Shown piece by piece: positions 56,835 to 64,000 of a DNA stretch of 64,000 bases. A program made the translations under genes and the position numbers. Within the stretch, counting starts at the first letter, position 1. Each line of letters begins with the position of its first letter. The stretch is from Gammaproteobacteria bacterium (lineage in GTDB: Bacteria > Pseudomonadota > Gammaproteobacteria > Eutrophobiales > Eutrophobiaceae). The notes beneath the pieces are model-generated. The model was not told where the DNA came from. It worked only from the letters and a program-made list of their open reading frames with translations, and ran no database searches. The stretch lies in contig OZ244905.1 of assembly GCA_965221695.1 (NCBI GenBank), forward strand, positions 1,440,001 to 1,504,000, given 5' to 3'.

Positions 56835-58736
56835 ATGGATAGACTTGCGCATATCACGGCAGGCGTTGCCGGCCATGTCGATCATGGCAAGACCAGCCTG
56901 GTGAAGGCGCTTACCGGCATGGAGACAGACCGTCTCCGGGAAGAAAAGGAAAGAGGCCTGTCGATCGTACCCGGTTACGCGTACCTGGAGTCGGAACGGG
57001 GCGTGATCGATTTAATCGATGTACCCGGCCACGAGGATTTCATTCGTATGATGATTGCCGGCGCCACCGGCATCGATTTCCTGTTACTCACGGTGGCGGC
57101 TAACGAGGGGATCAAGCCGCAGACGCGCGAACACCTGCATATCGCCGACCTGCTCGGCGCCGGCAAGGGCCTGGCAGTCATTACCAAGTCCGACCTGGCA
57201 GGTGACGGCGATTGCGCGCGGGTTGCAGACCAGATCAAAGACTTCAGCGCGGGCACGTTTATGGAAGGCTGCCCAATCATTGAGGCTTCCGTGCATGACG
57301 GCCGGAGTATCGACAATTTGAAGGCGCTGCTGGAACAACAGTTGCGGAGCCCGATCAACAGAAGCGACAGCGGACAGTGCTACCTGCCGCTGGACCGGGT
57401 ATTCACGATGGCCGGCTTCGGCACTATCGCCACCGGCACTCTGAGGAACGGCGCGCTGGCAACCGGCCAGGAGGTCGATATCCTGCCGCAGGGGCGCCGC
57501 GTTGTCATTCGCCAATTACAGGTGCATAACAGGGAGGAAGACATTGCTTACCCGGGCCAGCGGGTTGCGGTAAACCTGCGTAACGTCGACAAGAGCAGCA
57601 TTGCCAGGGGTGATGTGCTGGCTACTCCGGGGTACCTGAAACCCACGCGCCTGCTTGATGTCGAATTGCGCTTGCTGAACGGGTCACATGTTGCGCCGAA
57701 GTACGGTGAGCAGGTGCGCGTCCTGTTCGGGACTTGCGAAAGGTCGGCAAAGTTACGCATCCTGGGGGGTGGTGACGCGCAACCGGGTTCGATGCTCACT
57801 GCCCAGCTTGACTGCGCGCGCGCCGTGGTGGCGCCGGTCGGGGAACGATTTATCGTGCGCAGCTTATCGCCGTCCACGACCCTGGGCGGCGGCCGTATCC
57901 TGGACAACGCCCCGGCAAAGCACCGGCGCGCCGATCTGCGCGCGCTGGCCTACCTGTCCAGGCTGGCGCGCGGAGATACGGCGGAAATCATTAATGAACG
58001 GGTCCGCGCGGCCGGGACCCGGGGGACCGATATCGCTGATTTGGCCAGGTCCGTAAACCTGGCTGAAGCTGAACTGGCGCAGAGACTGGATACAACGGAT
58101 TGTGTATTCATCGAGACACGGCGGGTCATGTCCGGGGACGCATTCGGAGCCTTGTGCGAACAGGCGCTGGCCGAAATCGATGAATTTCACAGGACCAACC
58201 CGCTACGCAAGGGGCAACCCCTGGAAGACCTGCGCACGCGCCTTGCAGATCACATCGACGACACAGTTTTCCGCTTCCTGGTTAACCACCTGGCCGGGGA
58301 AGGTCTTATCCGGACCGATAAATCCCTGGTGCGCCTGCGGGACTTCGATCCTCTGGACGCTCTTGATGCCGATGAAAAAAGGATCGCCGGTGAAATAGCC
58401 GGCGCATTCAAGGCAGGGGCGCTGCAACCGCCTGAATTGAACGAGGTACTGCAGGGCAACCCACAGCGGAAACGCCTGTACCGGCACCTCACCGAGATCG
58501 GCGAACTGGTACCGCTGCATAACAGGGACACGAACCGCACCCTGGTGTTCCATCTCCACAACATCAACGATATGGCGCTCAAACTGCAGCAGGCCTACCC
58601 CGACTCAAAACCGTTTACCGTGGCGGACGTACGCAAACTCGTGGATACTACAAGAAAGTTTGCGATCCCCCTGTTGGAATACCTGGACAACCAGCGCGTG
58701 ACCGTACGTGTCGGGGACAAACGTAAAGTACTATAA
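56835..58736 (+). CDS. selB: Selenocysteine-specific elongation factor
   Basis: GHVDHGKT, DRLREEKERG, DVPGHE, DRVF, C-terminal TRKFAIPLLEYLD winged-helix motif. Confidence 0.95.
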   Translation: MDRLAHITAGVAGHVDHGKTSLVKALTGMETDRLREEKERGLSIVPGYAYLESERGVIDLIDVPGHEDFIRMMIAGATGIDFLLLTVAANEGIKPQTREHLHIADLLGAGKGLAVITKSDLAGDGDCARVADQIKDFSAGTFMEGCPIIEASVHDGRSIDNLKALLEQQLRSPINRSDSGQCYLPLDRVFTMAGFGTIATGTLRNGALATGQEVDILPQGRRVVIRQLQVHNREEDIAYPGQRVAVNLRNVDKSSIARGDVLATPGYLKPTRLLDVELRLLNGSHVAPKYGEQVRVLFGTCERSAKLRILGGGDAQPGSMLTAQLDCARAVVAPVGERFIVRSLSPSTTLGGGRILDNAPAKHRRADLRALAYLSRLARGDTAEIINERVRAAGTRGTDIADLARSVNLAEAELAQRLDTTDCVFIETRRVMSGDAFGALCEQALAEIDEFHRTNPLRKGQPLEDLRTRLADHIDDTVFRFLVNHLAGEGLIRTDKSLVRLRDFDPLDALDADEKRIAGEIAGAFKAGALQPPELNEVLQGNPQRKRLYRHLTEIGELVPLHNRDTNRTLVFHLHNINDMALKLQQAYPDSKPFTVADVRKLVDTTRKFAIPLLEYLDNQRVTVRVGDKRKVL

Positions 58737-58761
58737 AAAAGCTCTGAACAAGACCACCTAT

Positions 58762-58854
58762 GGAGGTGAAAGAAGTCTGGTGACTTCCCTGGTCTTCAAA
58801 ACCAGTGACTTGCCCAACGCGAGTGGTGGGTTCGATTCCCATCCACCTCCGCCA
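58762..58854 (+). tRNA. selC: tRNA-Sec (UCA)
   Basis: 6-bp D stem, CTGGT-CTTCAAA-ACCAG anticodon arm, long variable arm, GTTCGATTC, G73-CCA. Confidence 0.95.
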
Positions 58855-58913
58855 TTCAGTTACCAGCCCGCATCACAATGTGCCCACAAAGCACTTTGGC
58901 TGCTGCCGGAGAA

Positions 58914-58941
58914 TTGCATCAGAGTCTAAATCATGTAGAAT
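58914..58941 (+). promoter_or_regulatory. Sigma-70-like promoter; probably a leaderless leader-peptide transcript
   Basis: TTGCAT-N16-TAGAAT followed by 6 nt and then ATG at 58948. Confidence 0.55.
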
Positions 58942-58947
58942 GGCTTC

Positions 58948-59271
58948 ATGTCGCTAATCAATCAGCACAAATGGATAACATGGCTCGGGATAGTTCTGTT
59001 CCTGGCCGGACAAACGCTCTCCATTGCGCATGCGAGTGAATTCGGCCCGGGTCCCCATGAGCACAATGGCGTTGCTTGTTTCGCGATCCTGAACGATGAG
59101 CAGGACGGGATCGATGCGGCTGCGAATGCCGCTGCGCCAACGTTCATCGCCCTGGTCTCGACCACAGTTCAACCAACGAAACAGGCGCTGCCAAAGCGCT
59201 TGCTTTCGCTTCGACCCCCGCCTACAGGTCCTCCTTCAATCCTGTCCCATTTGAGTTACTTGCACCGTTAA
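58948..59271 (+). CDS. Putative DUF2946/CruR-like exported leader peptide with arrest-type motif
   Basis: Signal peptide (AHA), HEHNGVAC, C-terminal RPPPTGPP; upstream of a TonB receptor. Confidence 0.7.
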   Translation: MSLINQHKWITWLGIVLFLAGQTLSIAHASEFGPGPHEHNGVACFAILNDEQDGIDAAANAAAPTFIALVSTTVQPTKQALPKRLLSLRPPPTGPPSILSHLSYLHR

Positions 59272-59394
59272 GGGTAACTGCGCCTCTGTGCGCTATTGCC
59301 TTTGCGGCGTTTGAAACACTTACGAACTTACTTGCACCGTTAAGGGCATCCGCATATCTGTGCGCTGCTGCCTTTGCGGTATTCGAAACAGTTA
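59256..59394 (+). repeat. Two tandem ~72-bp repeats, each forming a long hairpin
   Basis: ttacttgcaccgttaaggg...tctgtgcgct...tgcctttgcgg...gaaaca at 59256 and 59328. Confidence 0.85.
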
Positions 59395-59409
59395 ATGGAT
59401 TCAGGAACA

Positions 59410-61611
59410 ATGACCAAATATACATTCAAGCCGGTGGCGATCGCTTTCGTTGCCGCACTCACTTATTCTTACGCGCTGCCCATCGCGGCGCAAAGCTCGC
59501 AGACAGAAGCCTCCGGGCAACTCGTTGAGGAGGTTTTTGTGGTCGGCAAGCGCCGCGCATATCAGGGAAACTTCGACAATCTGGAAAAACCCTCGGCGGA
59601 CCAAATGATAGCGGAAGAGCTGCTGCGCGAAGCCGGGGCGATAAACCTCAATGACGCGCTGGACCTATCGGCATCCGTTGCCCGGCAAAACAACTTTGGC
59701 GGTCTTTGGAACGCCTTTTCGGTTCGCGGCTTCGCCGGGGACATCAACTTGCCCAGCGGATTTCTGGTCAATGGATTTAATGCAGGCCGCGGGTTCGCCG
59801 GTCCGCGAGACCTGGCGGGTATTGAAGCCATGGAAGTGCTGAAAGGGCCGCGCTCAGCGCTGTTCGGGCGGGGCGAGCCTGGCGGCACGGTCAATCTGAT
59901 TACCAAACGGCCGCGGTTTGAGACGGCGGGAGACTTCCGGGCCAGCTACGGGCGTTGGGATCAAATGCGTTTCGAAGGCGATGTCCAAACCACGGTAGGC
60001 GCCAACGACGAGTTGGGGCTGCGCCTCGTCGGGTTCTACGAGGATGCGGAGAGCTTCAGGGATACGGTTGAGACCGAGCGCGTGGGATTTTATCCGTCGG
60101 TTACCTGGGAAGTCTCCGAGGCAACCAGCGTGACTTACGAGATGGAGTACACCGAGCAGGAGATCCCCTTTGATCGAGGCGTTGCCTATTCCGAATCGTA
60201 TGGCTTCACACCGCGCAAAACCTTCGTAGGCGAGCCTGGCGACGGCCCCATTGAGACCGAGGCGCTTGGTCATCAGCTCGAAGCCCAGCACAACTTCTCC
60301 GACAACTGGAGCCTGCTTGCCGGCCTAGGCTACAGAGACACCTCCTTCGAAGGCAACGCATCCGAAACCAACTTCGGGGGACGCCAGACCTATTTCCTGG
60401 ATGGCCGAACCCTGTCGCGTTTTTTCCGCTATCGGGAATTTGATTCAGACTACTTCGTCGCACGCGCTGAAGTTGCGGGCGAGTTCAATACAGGTTCGCT
60501 GCGCCACCGGCTGCTTGTGGGCGCCGACTATGACCGTTTCAAACTCAATTGGTTCATCTTGCGTTACCGGCCCGGGTGGTTTCCGGCAGGCACGGACATC
60601 AACACGCTCGATCCGTCAGCGTATCTGTTCCTGGACGTGTTCAATCCGGTCTATGGCCGGTCTCCGCAACCTGTGCCTGGCCCGAACACCAACCGAGACG
60701 AAGATCTGGAAGGATTCGGCATCTACATCCAAGACCAGATCGACATCACGGACCGGTTGCAAGTTCGTCTCGGCTTGCGCTGGGATGACTTTGAGCAGGA
60801 TTTGACCAACCTGCGCGCGGCGCCTGCGACGACGACCTCCACATCGGATACCCGACTCTCGCCGCAGTTTGGCGCGGTTTACTCGGTGAACGATGCCGTC
60901 AGCCTCTACGCCTCCTACGGCGAAGGTTTCCGCCAGCAAGCCGGTTCGGACTATCAAGGCAACCAGTTTGCCCCCAACATCACCGAATCTGTGGAGGTTG
61001 GGCTCAAGTTGGATGCGGCGCAATTCTCTGACGTGCTCTCTGGCTCACTCTCATTCGCACTATTCCAGGTGGATCAAAGCAACATTCTGGTCAACGACGA
61101 CCGGCCGGAGGCCGTAGCAGTCGGGTGGTTTTCCCGAGATGCAGGCAAAGCACGCAGCCGCGGAGTGGAAGTCGACGCGAACCTTGCCTTTGAGACTGGC
61201 TTCAATCTATGGCTTTCCTACGCATACATCGACGCCGAATTCACCAACAGCAATCTCGAAGCTGACTGGGGCGTTCTCATTGAGGACGGTGACCCACTAA
61301 TCAACTCGCCGGAGCATCAGGTGAGCTTGCAGATCAGCCAGAGTTTCAAGGTGGCAGGCATGCCGGCGCAGGTGGGCGCCGGACTTCAATACACGGACGA
61401 GCGGCTGGGGTTTACGGCCTTTGATTTCCACTTGCCGAGCTACACCACCGCACGGTTCTTTGGCCAAATCGCACCCACGGACCGGTTCGCCATTCGCTTT
61501 GACCTGGACAACGCATTTGACGAGACGTACTACACCAATTCATATGCGGATGTTTGGGTCGAGCCAGGCGCGCCGCGTAGCTACCGTTTGACGGCGTCCT
61601 ATTCGTTTTAG
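59410..61611 (+). CDS. TonB-dependent (siderophore/metal-type) receptor
   Basis: EEVFVVG, QNNFGG, EVLKGPRSALFG, C-terminal PGAPRSYRLTASYSF. Confidence 0.94.
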   Translation: MTKYTFKPVAIAFVAALTYSYALPIAAQSSQTEASGQLVEEVFVVGKRRAYQGNFDNLEKPSADQMIAEELLREAGAINLNDALDLSASVARQNNFGGLWNAFSVRGFAGDINLPSGFLVNGFNAGRGFAGPRDLAGIEAMEVLKGPRSALFGRGEPGGTVNLITKRPRFETAGDFRASYGRWDQMRFEGDVQTTVGANDELGLRLVGFYEDAESFRDTVETERVGFYPSVTWEVSEATSVTYEMEYTEQEIPFDRGVAYSESYGFTPRKTFVGEPGDGPIETEALGHQLEAQHNFSDNWSLLAGLGYRDTSFEGNASETNFGGRQTYFLDGRTLSRFFRYREFDSDYFVARAEVAGEFNTGSLRHRLLVGADYDRFKLNWFILRYRPGWFPAGTDINTLDPSAYLFLDVFNPVYGRSPQPVPGPNTNRDEDLEGFGIYIQDQIDITDRLQVRLGLRWDDFEQDLTNLRAAPATTTSTSDTRLSPQFGAVYSVNDAVSLYASYGEGFRQQAGSDYQGNQFAPNITESVEVGLKLDAAQFSDVLSGSLSFALFQVDQSNILVNDDRPEAVAVGWFSRDAGKARSRGVEVDANLAFETGFNLWLSYAYIDAEFTNSNLEADWGVLIEDGDPLINSPEHQVSLQISQSFKVAGMPAQVGAGLQYTDERLGFTAFDFHLPSYTTARFFGQIAPTDRFAIRFDLDNAFDETYYTNSYADVWVEPGAPRSYRLTASYSF

Positions 61612-61731
61612 GCAGCCAAAGTCAGAGGCGCTGGTGCACTATCCAATTGCGAGCGGGTTCGCGGCTTACAAGCATCGCGAGAAGCGCAACAAGCCTAGTA
61701 CTCTTAACGACCAGACTTGGAGTTACAAACA

Positions 61732-62454
61732 ATGACTATGCTCTCAACCCGGGCGCTCAGTGTGGAACGCTCTGGAACGCAAGCGCTCAAGGATGTCTCC
61801 TTCAGCGTCGAGCAAGGCGAAGTTCATGCCTTGCTCGGCGGCAACGGCGCCGGCAAATCAACCGCCTTGCTAACCTTCCTCGGCTTCCTCACGCCAGCGT
61901 CGGGCAGCGCGCATGTTCAAGGCCGGGACGTGCGCGACAACGTCAGCGCCGCCAGGCAAGCCATCGCCTACCTGCCCGAGGCTGCCACCTTGTACGGCCA
62001 CCTGAACGCCTACGAGAACCTCCGCTATTTCCTGTCTCTCGCCAAAAAGGACACACACAAGCAAGCGCTCGATGCCGCGTTGGACCGCGTGGCCTTGCAA
62101 GCCGAGGCCCGTGAAATGCGCATGCAAACCTACTCAAAAGGCATGCGCCAAAAGGTGGCGATAGCCATGGCAATCCTCAGAGAGGCGCCTATTATGCTTC
62201 TCGACGAGCCGACCTCCGGCCTAGACCCGGCTGCGATCGACGACTTCAACGGGCTGGTCCGGGACCTCGCCGAAGACAGCCGAACCATTTTGCTGGTGAC
62301 CCATGATGTGTACGGCGCCTGCCATGTCGCCGACCGCATCCACCTTCTGCACAAGGGCGAACTCGTCGGCGCCTTCGACCGGCCATCAGGCATGGACCGT
62401 ATCGACACCGAGTCGGTGCATGCCGCGTTCACCACGCAGGCAGCGGCACGATGA
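61732..62454 (+). CDS. ABC transporter ATP-binding protein
   Basis: GGNGAGKST, YSKGMRQK, LLDEPTSGLD. Confidence 0.93.
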   Translation: MTMLSTRALSVERSGTQALKDVSFSVEQGEVHALLGGNGAGKSTALLTFLGFLTPASGSAHVQGRDVRDNVSAARQAIAYLPEAATLYGHLNAYENLRYFLSLAKKDTHKQALDAALDRVALQAEAREMRMQTYSKGMRQKVAIAMAILREAPIMLLDEPTSGLDPAAIDDFNGLVRDLAEDSRTILLVTHDVYGACHVADRIHLLHKGELVGAFDRPSGMDRIDTESVHAAFTTQAAAR

Positions 62455-63887
62455 GCGGACTGTTCACCATCGCTCAGGCGGAATGGCAACTGTGGCTGAG
62501 GTCGCGACTTGCGTTGGGCACGTTGCTGATCTTAGCGCTGTTGCTGATCTCGACAAGCATTGTCACTGCGCTGAAGATGAGCGAGGAACGCCACGGGCGC
62601 ACGGAACAGCAGGCGGCAGCCGAAGAGTACTTTTTGTCCCAGCCGGATCGCCACCCGCATCGCATGGTGCATTATGGGCATTATGTGTTTCGCGTCCCCC
62701 CGCCCCTATCGATGATCGACCCCGGCGTGGACTCGGTCACCGGGCAGTCGATGTTTCTTGAAGGCCACCAGCAAAACACCGCGATGTTCGCCGATGCGAG
62801 GGCAAGCGCCGAACTCGGCGGATTTGAGGAGTTGACAACCGCACTAGTCTACCAGTTGTTACTGCCATTGCTGCTGATCGCCATCGGCCATGGCCTTATC
62901 ATTCGCGAGCGCGAGGAGAACACGCTGGCGCCGTTGCTTGCGCAGGGCGTGACGGGCATTCAACTCTACGCCGCCAAGGGCATTGCCCTGGCGGGCCTGT
63001 CCCTTGCGCTGTTGCTGCCGCTTGCCGTCATGTGCGCTGTCGCCATCGGACGGGGCGCTGCGCCACTCGCCGGCGCAGGCGTCCTGATGCTTTACACGCT
63101 CTATTTGCTCGTCTGGTGCAGCCTCATCCTGCTGGTATCAAGCCTGGCCCGGTCTCGCAGTCTCGCCCTCGGCATATTGACCCTGTTCTGGCTGGTAAGC
63201 GCGTTGATCATCCCGCGCGTTGCAGTCGAATCCGCGAGCGGCGCTATTCCCGCGCCGGGCAAGATAGAGACCGACCTCAACATGCAGGCCGAGTTGCGTG
63301 AAGTCGGTGATGGCCACAAGGCCGACGCACCGGAATTTCGGCAGCTTCAGGCGAACCTGCTGAAGCAATTCGGTGTGACCAGGCTGGAAGACTTGCCGGT
63401 CAACTTCCGGGGCGTCGTTGCCCAAACCGCGGAGGCGGATTTGACGGAAGTGATGAACCGGCATGCCGAACAGCGCATGGCGCTCGAAGCGGATCAGGCC
63501 CGGCGCGCCGCATTGTTTGGCTGGTTATCGCCAGTCGTGGCGGTCGCAGCAGGCTCGCGCGCACTGTCGGGTACCGACCTTGCAACCCACCATCGTTTCC
63601 TGCGCGAAGCCGAGGTCGTGCGCTTCGACTTCGTGCAGGGCCTCAATCGCGTACATGCCGAGCAACTCCCCTATAGCGATGACATCAATCGCAACATCGA
63701 TCACGAGGCCGCAAAACGCACCCGTATGCCGGCCGAAAACTGGAACGTGCTCAATGAGTTTTCCTTCCAGCCAGATACCGCCAGCGAACGCCTGGCTCGC
63801 GCCAGCACACCCGCTTCCATGCTGCTCGCCTGGCTGCTGATTCTCTCAGCCATTGGCATGCTTGCAGCGCGCAGGATGCAGGCATGA
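62451..63887 (+). CDS. ABC-2-type permease (DUF3526-like) with His-rich motif
   Basis: QPDRHPHRMVHYGHY, FLEGH, REREENTL; TM helices. Confidence 0.85.
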   Translation: MSGLFTIAQAEWQLWLRSRLALGTLLILALLLISTSIVTALKMSEERHGRTEQQAAAEEYFLSQPDRHPHRMVHYGHYVFRVPPPLSMIDPGVDSVTGQSMFLEGHQQNTAMFADARASAELGGFEELTTALVYQLLLPLLLIAIGHGLIIREREENTLAPLLAQGVTGIQLYAAKGIALAGLSLALLLPLAVMCAVAIGRGAAPLAGAGVLMLYTLYLLVWCSLILLVSSLARSRSLALGILTLFWLVSALIIPRVAVESASGAIPAPGKIETDLNMQAELREVGDGHKADAPEFRQLQANLLKQFGVTRLEDLPVNFRGVVAQTAEADLTEVMNRHAEQRMALEADQARRAALFGWLSPVVAVAAGSRALSGTDLATHHRFLREAEVVRFDFVQGLNRVHAEQLPYSDDINRNIDHEAAKRTRMPAENWNVLNEFSFQPDTASERLARASTPASMLLAWLLILSAIGMLAARRMQA

Positions 63888-64000
63888 GTGGGCCGATGCG
63901 GGAACTCCGATTTCTCGTGAACGACCGGGCGGTGTTGCTCTGGCTGGTGATCGCGGCGCTTATTGCGTGCACCTCGGTGTTTCTTGGCCTGCGCGAGGTC
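63884..64000 (+). CDS. Second ABC permease, truncated by the window end
   Basis: ATGA overlap with the previous gene; MSGPMRELRFLVNDRAVLLWLVIAALIACTSVFLGLREV. Confidence 0.7.
   Translation, partial: MSGPMRELRFLVNDRAVLLWLVIAALIACTSVFLGLREV

Noticed and set aside
58855-64000. Genomic island integrated at selC
   Set aside because: No integrase and no duplicated tRNA 3' end is visible in the window

Overview
A gene-dense chromosomal segment, most likely from a gammaproteobacterium (inferred from the protein families and gene order). The first ~41 kb is mostly housekeeping: ilvIH, proS, arsC, wrbA, hda, purM, prpBC, hemB, glnA-ntrBC, lysA, trxA-rho, groESL, sat, tesA/ybbAP, dnaQ-rnhA, mltD and aas. 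It is interrupted by an orphan C5-methyltransferase/Vsr pair and a heptad-repeat membrane protein. The last ~23 kb is accessory: a GT2/nucleosidase-fold/spore-photoproduct-lyase-like radical SAM operon, a catabolic cluster (TonB receptor, MDR oxidoreductase, UbiD, hydantoinase A/B, Rieske oxygenase) running into selB and tRNA-Sec, and a putative ribosome-stalling leader peptide (PTGPP motif) followed by two tandem covarying hairpins upstream of a TonB receptor/ABC operon. A multi-hairpin MITE family with YTAA target sites is scattered across the window, as four full units and many short remnants. An unassigned GC-rich structured RNA candidate lies upstream of proS. All functional calls come from motif recognition only; no searches were run.
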